DNA of 64,000 bases, from NCBI RefSeq assembly GCF_009914755.1, contig NC_060947.1; one strand, written 5' to 3'. The first letter of the stretch is position 1. Each line of letters begins with the position of its first letter. The DNA comes from the human T2T-CHM13v2.0 reference genome, Homo sapiens. Position numbers and translations under genes: made by a program. Below, piece after piece: positions 1 to 23,301 of the stretch. The notes under the pieces are model-generated. The model made no database searches, was not told the DNA's origin, and saw only the letters and a list, made by a program, of their open reading frames with translations.

Positions 1-409
1 ATAATGTGAAAAGGTAGAAAAATATATAGGTGTCTTCTTCTTCCAAAATTATTCGTCTAACAGATGAAATGCTAATAGATGAAACTGTTGATCCAAGAGA
101 AGAATGAGAGCTTCACACCCCTAAATCACGAAATAGTATGGAATTTTTAACCCATTCCCTGGATTCCTCTCTTCCACATCTTCTAATTCAGTCCTTTCAA
201 AGTGCAGCTCTTGTCTTGTCTTTTTCTTGACAATTTTCTTTTAATTAAGTTTAATTTATAAATGGAACCCATGTTACATAGCCTTCTTGGGAACAGAGTA
301 TCACAAGTCACCTGGAATAATCATGCAAAGCTCAAGTCTAGAAATCTAGAATTTGTTGGATTCTAGAATAAGATATTTCCAAAGAGTGAACAGGCATAGG
401 GGTCATGGC

Positions 410-2055
410 TTTTTAAAATTACTTCTTAAAGATGCATTGAGAAATTATAGACAAATGAAAATGGTGTATATTCAAGGTATGCAATGTGATGCTTCGATAT
501 ACATTGTAAAATAATTAACACAATCACACTAACTTATTCATCTCCTTACACAGTTACCGTGTGTGTGTGTATGTGTGTGTGTATACAGTAAGAATAGCTA
601 AAATCTAGTCTCTTAGCATATTTCAAGTATACAATATAGTATTATTAATTATTGTCACCATGGTGTACATTGAGTCTCCAGAACTTATTCATCTCATAAC
701 TGGAAGTTTGTACTCTTGACAAACATTTCCCCATTTTTCCCACCTCTGACCACCAGTAACAACCCTTCTACTCTTTTCCTATGAGTTCAACTTTTTTAGA
801 TTTCTTGCATATAAGAGAAATCGTACAGTATTTGCTTTCTGTGTCTGGCTCTTTTCGTCTAGGATAATGTTCTCCAGGTTCATCCATGCTGTCACAAATG
901 GTAGAATTAAGGCTAAATTGTGTGTGTGCGTGTGTGTGTGTGTGTAAAACTCATTTTCTTTACCCATTGATGGAAACTTGGGTTGTTTGAATATTTTGAC
1001 TATTGTGAATATTGCTGCAATGAACATGAAAGTGCTGATATCTCTTTGAAACAGTGGTTTTATTTCCTTTGGATGTATACCCAGAAGTGTAATTGCTGGA
1101 TTATATGGTAGATCTATTTTTAATTATTTTAAGAACCTCCATACTGTTTTCTCTAATGGCTGTAGCAAATTATATTTGCAGTAACAGTGTACAAGGGTTG
1201 CTTTTTCTCAACTCCCTTGCCAACACTTTTTATCTCTTGACATTTTGATAGTAGTCATGCTAACAGATATGAAGTGACATTTCATTTGATTTTAATTTTC
1301 ATTCCCTTGGGTAAGAGCTGTAAAAGTGAGGCTGCTTGACGCATGCACAAACTCCTTCTAGGGAGAATTTGCAGACCTGAATTAATCACTGGAGTGAGCC
1401 AGGGGAGATGGCATGGAAAGTGCCCACATTCTCATTCAGGCTCCCAAAGGCCTACTGTTTATCTGCCCCATCAGCTCCTGGAATCAGGTTAGTCAGACAT
1501 CCAATCCTCTAACAGCAACTGGAAAAGTGTATAGACAAATACCAGGAAGAAACTGGGAGCTTGAAGCTTTTGTCAGTTTTCTCTTTTTTGAGTACAGAGG
1601 TGAAGAAAGGGGTAGGATAGTCACTGAACCTGCTCACACACCCGTTTAAAACTGTCTCTTTGTTCTCTGTGGTCTGGGGAGATCTGGTAATGCCAAGTCT
1701 TTTCTGCTTCCAGAGCTGGGTGATTTAGGACCCAAACACTGTGAGGAGAGCAGTAAAAGTTGAAATGCTCTATGTGTGGTCCAAAGCTTTCACTCTTTAG
1801 GGAGAAGTTGGGAGTTAGGGATTTCTTCCTGATTGTAAGGTGCTGTGCTTGTGATGGGATTTGTGCATGAATATATCTTAGCCTTTCCTACCTAATTGGA
1901 AGTGAATATTTTCTCAGCTGCCTGGAGTACAGGAGTCAGGATTTCTGGATTTCTCTCAGAGGAAATTGATCCATGTGTAGAACTTATTTGGTGCATCTGT
2001 GGTAGGAAGGAAAGCAGGAGCCTCCTATTCTTCCATCTTCCTGATGTCACTTCCC
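410..2055 (-). mobile_element. Old L1 (L1MA-type): ~750 bp 5' UTR joined directly to ORF2 C-terminus/3' UTR
   Basis: The minus strand starts GGGAAGTGACATCAGGAAGATGG at 2055, a typical old-L1 5' terminus. 410-1305 is an L1MA-type ORF2 end and 3' UTR (ORF 779..1027 MFIAAIFTIVK...WMNLENIIL). Left boundary is approximate. Confidence 0.7.
919..945. repeat. (TG)n microsatellite
   Basis: Direct reading; another imperfect (TG)n lies at ~559-583. Confidence 0.9.
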
Positions 2056-3936
<1,881 letters not shown>

Positions 3937-3989
3937 TAAAAACAGAATCCAGTGATATGCTTAGTACAAGAGATTTACTTTATATTTAA

Positions 3990-4462
3990 TATGAAAGAAA
4001 ATTAAATTTCTGTACCCCAAACCCACTATACCAATGAGAAAGTTAAGCTTGGAAACTTAGTCATGCAAAAAAACGTCCTCTTTTAGTTCCCACATAGCTG
4101 TAAATTTCACATGATTACTTTATCTTACATAGAATATGGATCTACCCAGCACAAGATGAATGCATAGTCTTTCCCCCGCACTCTTCTCTTTTCAGAGGTA
4201 AAATGTGGATTCAGTGAGTGCTATTCAAAGCCTCACAAGAATGTAACACTGCCCTCACCTCTTACACCTCCATTTTCCCCCTCCTTTCCCTCCTGCCTGC
4301 TCTTTCCCCGTTAAATATTGCAGTCCTCAAACACTCTTTGGACAAAGCACAGGCTACACATCCTACTGTGACTTGTGTGCTTTTTCCTAGGTGTGTCCTC
4401 AACCTTGGCAAAATAAAACTCTAAATCGATTGAGATCTGTCTCAAATACTTTTTGGTTTACA
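3990..4462 (+). repeat. 5' LTR (MER4C-like)
   Basis: Starts TATGAAAGAAAATTAAA; has AATAAA near the end; ends GGTTTACA; followed by PBS-like TGGCAACCCCTAAGGGA. Confidence 0.85.
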
Positions 4463-5460
4463 GTTGGCAACCCCTAAGGGATTTTGAATGGAGTTTGGTC
4501 CTTTGGCTTGCAGCAATTCTCCTAGCAAGGATCTGGTACCAGCTGGAAGCTCTTTATTGCTCTGACTGATTGAACTATTTGCTGAAATATGGGAGCTTCT
4601 CTCTCCAGAGATCCCTGATCTCCCAATTTTTTTTGGTTGAATTTTGAGTTGTATTCTGTTGTAGAACTCATTTCCTTGGAGTTTTCTTCTTTTGTGCAGG
4701 TGAAAATCAGTCTTCACATTGGCCTCCATCTTCAAGTAAGAAGCTGGTTTGGGGTTTCATTTGGGGATTTGATAGCTGAAGGTCAAGGTTTATTGTCAGC
4801 TGGCTATAACTTTTATGCTCAGAGATCTCAACTGTATGTAAATTGTGTGATCACTTTTTTTCTGTTTTTTTGTTTGTTTGTTTGTTTGTTTCAGTTCATC
4901 TTCCACTAGATTTGACCAACTCCTGGCCCCCTCTACTGTTGACTGAAATTAGAAAGTCAAAATTCCATCTCTAAATAGAAAACTGGCCAGTTAAGAAAGT
5001 TAAAAAATTTGACTACCTGAAAAGTTTTGCCCACATAACAAGGCCACCTTTTACTAACTTTTGCTAACCAAGTCTTTTCCTTTCTTCTTCCAATAACCTG
5101 TCTTGCCACTAAAACTATTTTTTTGTTTTTGTTTTTTTGTGTGTGTTTTTTTACATACCTTGAAACTGCATGCTTTCTTTCATTTCAATATGGTATATGA
5201 GCTTCTGTTATTTATTGGGAAATTGGGCCTTCATTCTGAAGGTTCCTATGAATATATATTAAATAAATTTCTATGCCTTTTCTCCAATTAATCAATTGCC
5301 TCATTCCAGTGATTTTTCAGTGAACCTTTGGGCACAAGCAGTCATGACCCCCACAGTTTGGTGCAGCAAGCAAGGTGACTAAAGCTGCTCTTCTCCTCTG
5401 GAACCCATGGTGAAGGGAACCCAGGAAACTGATCTGCCAACAAAGGGGGAAGACTTTCTT

Positions 5461-7505
<2,045 letters not shown>

Positions 7506-8529
7506 TTACCAGCTAGGCTCCTGGCCTCTCTCTCTGAACTCCAGGTGAATGGATGGTAAAATCGTCTCGTCTGCAAAGTTTTAATTTTTAAAAAAGGATT
7601 TTTGTGACTAGCCTTGGTATAGTGACTCTGGTGTATTTTTGGTACTTTGTGCTATGAATATTCACTATTGGAATAAAGTATATTATTGAAAATTCTGATT
7701 GTCAATGGCCAAAAGATAAAGATTTTAGAGATATCTTATTCTAAACAATTGATGAGAAAATTAAATTTAAAAAGGACACATAGTAGTGTCATGAGACCTC
7801 ACTAAATTGAAAAGCAAAAAAAAAAAAAAATTATTTTTGACTTGAAAGAAAGTTAGAATCCTTTCCAAGCTCAAAACTGCCTGCTCTAGATTTCTTCTTG
7901 GAATAACAGTAGAGACTGCCCCATGCTGTAGTTTAGTAGCTAAGGTTTTGCCCTTTCACCATAGCAGCCTGTGTTCAGTTCCCAGCCAGGGAATGAGTCT
8001 TTTTTCATTTGATATTTGCAAGAATTTTGCCACTTATTGATCCCTTTCCCTTTGATGGACTGCTTATGATTTCCTGTCTTGAATTTTACCTTCTCTAAGG
8101 TATCTTTTGGGTGATTCTGGATCTTGAAAAAACTACTTGCCACCGCTTTGGAGACATCTCATGCATCTCTGGTTAAGTCATAATCTTGGTTAAGGCACTT
8201 GGGAGGATACCTTTGGTAAAGAACTTCAAAAGCCAAAAATATTGGCTGTTTATCCTGGCTAAAATCTGATAATAAGAGATTTAAAATGGTTGTTTTAAAA
8301 AGAACTCTATGGTTAAAAGTCAGTTTAATTAAAAGCTGATATCCAAGCTATATATTAAATATTTAAAGGCCTTTATGCCTTTTCTTTTTATGGATCCTGA
8401 TTTGGGGAATTTTTTTTTTCCAGCTGACTGAAGTCTTTTTTAAAATCCTTTTGTAAAATAAATTTACATTTTAAGAAAAATTTCTATTTGTAAGGGAGTC
8501 TGCCTGTGTACATTAAAACCACTTACCAT

Positions 8530-10090
<1,561 letters not shown>

Positions 10091-13000
10091 AAAACCTCTC
10101 ACCATTGCTTTAAATTTATGTCATATGCTTGTTGAAGCACTTTTCCTATCTTATCTGCAATTTACTTACCCTGGTTTTTGCCCTGGGTTTGAGCAAATAA
10201 CGATACAATATTAAGAATAACTTCTTAGTTCTGAACTTTGACTTGTAAATTCTCTATCTTATTTCATCTAGGAGTTGTCCCTTTAGAAATGCAAATTTAA
10301 GGTGTCATGGCTAACAATTGCCTAGAACAATGAAACAGTTAATTAAAAGAGATTGAGCATCTAAAGCGGGGGAGGGGAACTTTAAAAACTAGCAAATGAA
10401 AAATCTTATAAATCTATAAAATCTGTTTCTGTCTATATGTCTTCATGTCTATGTGTTTATACATGTCATGTGTTTGTGATGTTTCACTACCAAAATATCT
10501 AAAAAGCTCTAATTAATAGGCTTATAGACAAAAGTAAGTGCTCAAATATTTCATCAGAAAAATAAAAACTTTATTTGAACACCTTTTCGTTCTTGTGACT
10601 GTAATAACCTTTAGTAAGTAAAGCTAATTTAAATTATTGGTAAAATAGAATGAAAATGTCTTCAAAATTTAATTTAATGATTTGATCTGATCTGGTCAGG
10701 CAGGTCAGATACTGTCTTTGTTAGATATTTTAAGGTCATAAACTGCTTCTGTGACATTTTAAATAATTGTTTGAGTTGTCTATCTTATAGTAAGCCCTGG
10801 GGAAATGTGAAGTTCTCCCTGGCCCAACTATGCTACTTGACTATGTTGGGAAGGGTTAGACATTATCTGCAACTCCGTCTTTTGTCCTGGGTTCTGCATC
10901 TGATACATAATTAAAATTGCTTACGTCCTAGGTTGTTCACTAAAAAGGAGTTGCTTAGAGTAATACACTAATTACTATATATGATTAAAATGACTAGTAT
11001 AAGAGAAACATTTCTATATAGAGAGTACATAAGGAAATTAGGATGTGTTTGGAAAAAGGGGTTATAGAAAGTCATGGAAATATGTTCTTTGCTAAAGGGA
11101 AAGTAATTTTGTCTAGTTTAGAGGTTTTAACGATGAGTTTGTTTATGTGATTTTATTAAAATTAGCTTTACTGTTAATACATTATGCAAAGATAAAACTT
11201 GATTTTCTCTTTTGAACAAGGTTTTCATGTAATATTAAGAGATAGTAAAGATTTTTGTTTGTGTTTTGAGTAAACTGCAAAAAAGAGGGGAGAGAGGACA
11301 GATTTAGTTGCCCTTTTACTGTCTTTCTTAGGTCTCATTATTTGAGAAATTGAGTTTCCTCTCTATCAAATAATAAAAGTTTTTGCTTTTTAAAAATCTT
11401 TAAATTATTACTTTGGCTAAAAGAATATTTTGCAGTGACCTGTGATCCTATTTTGTGATATCAAATGTTTTAAACCTTTGATATTTAATAAACATTCCAA
11501 AATCAAGTCTAAATTCAGTCTTTTTGACTTCATTAACTCTTTTAAATGTTAGATTGTCTGAATTCCAAAGAAGACATATTTGGCTTATTTGATAGGTTAA
11601 AATCATACAGGAAGCATCGTCAAATATGAAATGTTTAGCTTTCCTTGGGTTCTATTTATATAAGCTTGTAATTAATATATGTTCCAAAACTGTATGAGAT
11701 TCCTGTAATTCTGGTATGTCTTAGTATATGTTACCAGTAATAGTTATAATTATTATGTTAAATTGTTGTATGCCACAGGGAAAAAAAAACAAATTTTCAT
11801 GTCAGTTGTGTCTTTAACCATGACTGTCCTAAGATTTTGGTCATCACAATTATTATTTTACTTTTATTCTTCTAAAAAAAAGGCTGTTTATAAAAAAGCT
11901 GCAGCCCCAAACGTGCTTTTTTAGGGGAATTCATGAAAAGGACTCTGACAGGTGTTCTTGAATGCAGGTTTCTGATAACTTTGGAGACTGTGCCATAGTA
12001 CTAGCAAATAAAACAGAAACAAAAACTTCCAAGACTCTAATTAAAAGTCTGATATGTTCATGAGTATTGCTAACCCAATATCAAGTGGAATGACTTAATT
12101 ACATGGGACTGAACAAACAGAAGACTGAAATAATTTTTATGACCATTTTTTTTGAAACATTGCTAAATATTTCTGATGTTTTTCAGAGTCAAGAAAACTA
12201 ACCTTCTTTTGAGCTACTTATAGCTTTTCTTTTAACAATTGAGTAAAGTATACTCTTGTGAGCAAAATTTGAAGCATATTTCTATTTCTTTCTCTCTACC
12301 TGATTTCTTCAGAATTCGGAAACCGTTTGTGCATCTTCTTAATTTCTGGCAATATAGTTATTTGCATAAATTCAACAAGAATCTATTTCCTTTTATAACA
12401 GAACACCATTGGAGATACTGGTTATTTTACCAAGGCCTTGACTGAAATGGTATATATTCAGATGTGGAGCAGACTGCTTTGAAAAATAGAAGTTGACTTA
12501 TAGAGCTGATAAAAGCACCTTGGAAAACCTGGCCTTGTACCTTGTCTATGTGGTTCCTTTACAGGGTTCCTGACCTGTGGAAAGTAAAATATGTCACTTT
12601 CTGACAGACCCAGGAACCCCAAGTTATCTTGGTACCACAAGAAGAGAAGAATTCACTCAATTCATTCAAGTATCTACAGACACAGATGAATCCTTGGCTG
12701 GGTTCAGGAGGCTTTTGAAAAGTCAAATCTGAGATTCCTTATTTTTAAGAAAGTTCCAGCAAAGCCAATTTAAAGAAAGCCTATGTGGAAAATACTTATT
12801 CTTGTTGCATTTTATGCAAATAATCAGGCCAAGTATAATAAGACTGCAACTTATTTTGCAAACAAATTGATTCCATTATGATTTGTCTTTAATAAAAATG
12901 AGGAAGTGAAGAGAGAAAAATCACGTTTCAAAAGAAACTATAGTACACCTCTTATTAGATTCAAGCCTTGGCCTTTGTTTTCCACTTTTATTATTTGTCT

Positions 13001-13507
13001 ATGGTTTAACTAGATTGAATCCTGAATTCCTTACAGGCTATAAGTCTCCAAACTGTTTTCAATTTTTTTTCTCTCCCATTTTTCTGACTTGGAATCACTG
13101 GAAATTAAAACTATGCTTTTCTTAAAGCTCTGTAGGCTGAAGCTAGACAACTTAAACTTTGGGAGAAATAACAGCAACTTATTTATATACATAAACCACT
13201 TTTTTGCCTGCCTAATGATGTATGGACTTTGCAATATAGCCTAAATCAGTTTTCCAGGGTTGCTTTCCCCTTTATTGCTATAATCTGGATTTGGTCCTTT
13301 TTTTCTCCACCTTTCTTCCTCCTGCTATTTCTCTCCATGGGATGTGAGACTTCACAACTTTCTAGAATGAGGCTTCCTAACAACATGGGACCTACCATCC
13401 TAGGAATAAACCATCCTAGCAATGAAGGATCAGACCAAACCCATTACCGGAGACTCATTTTCTTCTACAATGCTTTCTCCAAAAGATTTTGAAGAACAAG
13501 GGGGAAA

Positions 13508-14001
13508 CATGAAAGGAAAATAAAATCTCAGGACCCAAACTCACTATGCCAAAGAGAAAGTTAAGCTTGGGAACTGAGTCATGCAAAAATCGCAAAAATC
13601 TGCCTTCCTTTTTGTTCCCAGGTAACTGTAAATTTCACATGGTTACTTTATCTTACATCAAGTGTAATGTATGCAGCACAAGACGAATGCATAATTGACT
13701 GTCCCCACTCCTCTCTTTTCACATGTAAAATGTGAATTCAGTGAGCACAAATCAAAGCCTCACAAGAATGCAACACTTGGTTCACCACCTACCCCACTTT
13801 TTCTTTCTTTGTTTCCCTTCCTTTTCCTCCTGCCCACTCTTTCCCCTTTAAATACTGAAGTGCTCAAAACCCTCTTTGGAGAAAGCACAGGCTACAGATC
13901 TTGCTATAACTCGTGTTTCTTTTTCCTGGGCACATCCTCAACTTTGGCAAAAGAAACCTCTAAATTGATTGAGATTTGTCTCAGACACTTTTTGGTTTAC
14001 A
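13508..14001 (+). repeat. 3' LTR (MER4C-like)
   Basis: CATGAAAGGAAAATAAAATCTCAGGACCC...GGTTTACA, homologous to 3990-4462 and preceded by the PPT. Confidence 0.85.
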
Positions 14002-15033
14002 TTAAAGGCATTCATGGGCTGAAAGTGCTGAGATAGAAAAAGACATTTCATGCAAACAGTAATTGAAATAGGCAGTAGTGGCTATACTTGTATCAGACAA
14101 AATAGATTTTAAGTCTAAAACTTTTTGTACAGACAAAAAAGTCATTGTAGAATGATGAAAAGGTCAATTCAACCAAAAGATCTATTGTAAATATATAAAC
14201 ATCCAATATGAGAACACCTAAATATATAAAGGAAATATGGACAGATCTGAAGACAGAAATTCACAGGAATAAATTAATAGTAGGGGACTTCTATATTCCA
14301 TTTTGGAATGGATATCCAGTCAGAAAAATCAGTAAAGAAAGAACTGACTTGAACAACACTACAGATCAAAGCCAAAAGACGTAAGCCAAACTTTCCGTTC
14401 AACAGCAGAAGAATACACATTATTTTCAAGTGCACGTGGAACATTCTACCAAATAGATCACATTTAGGTTGCAAAACAAGTCTTAACAAATGCAAGAAAA
14501 TCAAAATCATTTCAAGTATCTTTTTTGGTCACAGTGGAATCTAGAAATCAATAACAGCAAGAAAACCAGAAAATATACAGGTGTGGAACCTAAACAACAT
14601 GCTCTTAAACAATCATTGTGTCAAAGAGGAAATCAAAACGTATCTCAAGACAAACTAAAATGAAAGCAGAACATACCAAAACTTTTTAGATGCAGCTAAA
14701 GCAGTACTGAAAGGGTGGTTTATACCAATAAATTCCTACACGAAGAAAGAATAAAGCTCCCCAAAATACAAACTAACTTTCCAACTCAGGGAACTAGAAA
14801 ATGAACAACAAACTAAGTCTAAAGTTAGCAGAAAGAGGAAATAATAAAATTAGAACTGAAATAAATCAAGCGGAGGATTTTTAAAAATAAAAAACTCAAC
14901 AAAACCAAGAGTTTGTTTTTTGAAAAGATGAACAAACTCAACAAACCTTTAGTTGTACTAATTAATAAAAGAGAGAAGACTAAAATTTTAAAAAATCGTA
15001 ACTGAAAGAGGAGACATTGCAGCTGATGCCTTA

Positions 15034-16036
15034 TGCTATGGTTTGAATGTTTGCGTCTCCTTGTAATAGTCAGGTTTCTCCAGAGGGGCAGAAACAATAG
15101 TATATATGTGAAAGAGAATTTATTAGGGGGAATTGGATCACACAATCAGAAAGGTAAAGTCTCATAATAGGCCATCTGCAAGCTGAAGGACCAGAGAAGC
15201 TTGTCATGTGGCTCCCAGAGAAGCCAGTAGCCTGGCTCAGTACAAGTCTGAAAGCCTCAAAACCAGGGAAGCCACCAGTGCAATCACCAGTCTGAGGCCA
15301 AAGACCTGAGAGCCCATGTGAGGCCACTAGAGCAAGTCTGAATCTAAAAGCAGGAGAACCAGGAGTCTGATGTCCAAGGGCAAGAGAAGAACAAAGGCCT
15401 CCTGCTCTGGAAAGGAGAGAGAGAAGAAGCCAGAGCAAACTGAATATCCCCATTTCTGCCTGCTTTGTCCTAGACAAGCCCCTAGTCAATCAGATGATGC
15501 CTGCCTACATTAGGGTGGGTTTTTCTCTCTCAGTCCACTGTCTCATATGTCAGTTTCCTTGGGAAACGTCCTCACATATACACCCATCTGCAATGCTTCA
15601 CTAGCCACGTAGGCATCTCTCAATTCAATCAATCAAGTTGACACATAACGTTAACCATCATACCCTTCCAAAATTCATGAAAATTAGTCTTTAATTCGAT
15701 AGTATTAGAAGGGGCCTTTAGGAGGTGATCAGGTCATGAAGGCTCCTATCTCATGAATGGGATTAAAACTGCTGTATAGAAGGCTTCACACAGCTTTTGA
15801 CTCTTTTTACCCTTCTGTCCCTTCTGCCGTGTGAGACTGCATTATTCATTTCCCAGGAGGATGTAGCAATGAGGCACCATCTTGGAAGCAGAGAGCAGCC
15901 CTCACCAGACGCTGAACCTACCATTGCCTTGACGTTAGACTTCTCAGCCTCCAGAAGTATGAGAAATAAATTTCCATTCTTTATAAATTACCTAGTCTCA
16001 GATATTTTGTTACAGGAGCACAAATAGATTAAGACA
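15034..16036 (+). mobile_element. MaLR solo LTR (MSTC/MSTD-like), interrupted by MLT2
   Basis: TGCTATGGTTTGAATG start, ...GATTAAGACA end; 5-bp TSD CCT[T/C]A. Confidence 0.8.
15062..15662 (+). mobile_element. ERVL solo LTR (MLT2B-like)
   Basis: TGTAATAGTCAGGTTTCTCCAGAG start and AAGTTGACACATAACGTTAACCATCATA end, typical MLT2 termini. Confidence 0.8.
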
Positions 16037-18140
16037 CCTCAGTATCAAATGGATCATAAGAGATTATTATGAACAATTATATGCCAACAAACGGGATAAC
16101 CTAGAAGAAATGGATAAATTCCTAGAAACATTATAAAAAAAAGAAAGCCCATACCAATAAAAAATAAGAAAATTTAATCCGTAACCAGAACTATCCCAGC
16201 AAACAAAACCAAGGACCAAGTAATTCACAGCTGAATTCTATCAAACTGTCAAAGAAGAATTAATACCTATCTTTCTAAAAGTCTTCCCAAAGATAGAAGA
16301 GGGAACATTTCCAAACTCATCATAGAAGGCCAGTATCAGCCTGATACCCAAAACAAAGACACTACAAGAAAACTATAGTCTGATATACCTGATGAACATA
16401 TATGCAAAATTATTCAATAAAATACTAGAAAACTGAATACAAAAACATTTTAAAAGGAACATATCCCAGTTGAATAAATTCCAAGTGGAATTTATTCCTC
16501 AGATGTAAGAATAGTTCAATATACACAAGTAATTCATTGTGATACAACGCATTAAGAAAATGAAAGAAAAAATCCACATGATCATCTGAATAGATGCATA
16601 AAATCCATTTGACAAAGTTCAACATCCATTCATGATTAAAACTCTCAACAAAATAGGTACACAAGCAATTTACCTCAATACAATAAAGGATATATATGAA
16701 AATCCCATAGCTAACACAATAAATGAGGAAAAATTAAAAGCTTTCACTCTAAGATCCAGTACAAAGCAAGGATGCCCACGCTTGTCACTTATTTTTATTT
16801 TTGTATTTTATTATACTTTAAGTCCTGGGGTACATGTGCAGAATGGAACGTGCAGTTTTGTTACATAGGTATACATGTGCCATGGGGTTTGCTGCACCCA
16901 TCAACCCATCACCTACATTAGGTATTTCTCCTAATGCTATCCCTTCCCTAGCCCTCCACCCCCAATAGGCCCCACTGTGTGATGTTCCCCTCCCTGTGTC
17001 CTTGTGTTCTCATTGTTCAACTCCCAGTTATGAGTGAGTACATGTGGTGTTTGGACTTCTGCTCTTGTGTTAGTTTGCTGAAAATGATGGTTTCCAGCTT
17101 CATCCATGTCCCTGCAAAGGACATTAACTCATCCTTTTTATGGCTGCATAATATTTCATGGCATATATGTGCCACATTTTCTTTATCCAGTCTATCATTG
17201 ATGGACATTTGGGTTGGTTCCAAGTTTTTGCTATTGTGAATTATGCCACAATAAACATATGTGTGCATGTGTCTTTATAGTAGACTGATTTATAATCCTT
17301 TGGGTATATACCCAGTAATGGGATTGCATGGTCAAATGGTTATTTCTAGGTCTAGATACTTGAGGAATCACCACACTGTCTTCCACAATGGTTGAACTAA
17401 TTCACACTCCCACCAACAGTGTAAAAGCGTTCCTATTTCTCCACATCCTCTCCAGCATCTGCTGTTTCCTGAGATTTTAATGATTGCCATTCTAAGTGGT
17501 GTGAGATGTTATCTCATTGTGGTTTTGATTTGTATTTCTCCAGTGATGAACACTTTTCCATTTGTCTGTTGGCTGCAAAAATGTCTTCTTTTGAGAAGTG
17601 TCTGTTCATATCCTTTGCCCACTTTTTGATGGGGTTTTTTTTTCTTGTAAATTTCTTTAAGTTCCTTATAGATTCTGGATATTAGGCTTTTGTCAGATGG
17701 ATAGATTGCAAAAATTTTCTCTCATTCTGTAGGTTGCCTGTTCACTTTGTTTTATTTTATTTTATTATTATTATACTTTAAGTTTTAGGGTACATGTGCA
17801 CAATGTGCAGGTTAGTTACATATGTATACATGTGCCATGCTGGTGTGCTGCACCCATTAACTCGTCATCTAGCATTAGGTATATCTCCTAATGCTATCCC
17901 TCCCCCCTCCCCCTACCCCACAACAGTCCCCAGAGTGTGATGCTCCCCTTCCTGTGTCCATGTGTTCTCGTTGTTCAGTTCCCACCTATGAGTGAGAATA
18001 TGCGGTGTTTGGTTTTTTGTTCTTGCAATAGTTTACTGAGAATGATGATTTCCAATTTCATCCATGTCCCTACAAAGGACATGAACTCATCATTTTTTAT
18101 GGCTGCATAGTATTCCATGGTGTATATGTGCCACATTTTC

Positions 18141-18183
<43 letters not shown>

Positions 18184-18394
18184 TTTTTTATTATACTTTA
18201 AGTTTTAGGGTACATGTGCACATTGTGCAGGTTAGTTACATATGTATACATGTGCCGTGCTGGTGTGCTGCACCCACTAACTCCTCATCTAGCATTAGGT
18301 ATATCTCCCAATGCTATCCCTCCCCCCTCCCCCCACCCCACCACAGTCCCCAGAGTGTGATATTCCCCTTCCTGTGTCCACGTGATCTCATTGT

Positions 18395-22220
<3,826 letters not shown>

Positions 22221-22283
22221 TATGATGTTAGCTGGTTATTTTGCTCTTTAGTTGATGCAGTTTCTTCCTAGCCTCGATGGTGT

Positions 22284-23301
22284 TTACAATTTGGCATGAT
22301 TTTGCAGTGGCTGGTACCAGTTTTTCCTTTCCATGTTTAGTGCTTTCTTCAGGAGCTCTTTTAGGGCAGGCCTGGTGGTAACAAAATCTCTCAGCATTTG
22401 CTTGTCTGTAAAGTATTTTATTTCTCCTTCACTTATGAAGCTTAGTTTGGCTGGATATGAAATTCTGGGTTGAAAATTCTTTGCTTTAAGAATCTTGAAT
22501 ATTGGCCCCCACTCTCTTCTGGCTTGTAGAGTTTCTCCTGAGAGATCCGCTGTTAGTCTGATGGACTTCCCTTTGTGGGTAACCCGACCTTTCTCTCTGG
22601 CTGCCCTTAACATTTTTTCCTTCATTTCAACTTTGGTGAATCTGATAATTATGTGTCTTGGAGATGCTCTTCTCGAGGAGTGTCTTTGTGGCCTTCTCTG
22701 TATTTCCTGAATCTGAATGTTGGCCTGCCTTGCTAGATTGGGGAAGTTCTCCTGGATAATATCCTGCAGAGTGTTTTCCAACTTGGTTCCATTCTCCCTG
22801 TCACTTTCAGGTACACCAATCAGACATAGATTTGGTCTTTTCACATAGTCCCATATTTCTTGGAGGCTTTGTTCATTTCTTTTTATTCTTTTTTCTCTAA
22901 ACTTCCTTTCTCACTTCATTTCATTCATTTCATCTTCCATCACTGATACCGTTTCTTCCAGTTGATCACATCGGCTCCTGAGGCTTCTGCATTCTTCATG
23001 TAGTTCTCGAGCCTTGGCTTTCAGCTCCATCAGCTCCTTTAAGCACTTCTCTGTATTGGTTATTCTAGGTATCCGTTCGTCTAAATTTTTTCTCAAAGTT
23101 TTTAACTTCTTTGCCTTTGGTTTGAATTTCCTCCTGTAGCTCGCAGTAGTTTGATCGTCTGAAGCCTTCTTCTCTCAACTTGTCAAAGTCATTCTCCATC
23201 CAGCTTTCTTCCATTGCTGGTGAGGAACTGCGTTCCTTTGGAGGAGGAGAGGCACTCTGCTTTTTAGAGTTTCCAGTTTTTCTGCTCTGTTTTCCCCCCA
23301 T
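22284..23301 (-). pseudogene. L1 ORF1, frameshifted
   Basis: MGGKQSRKTGNSKKQSASPPPKERSSSPA... through ...KNWYQPLQNHAKL, in three frames. Confidence 0.92.
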
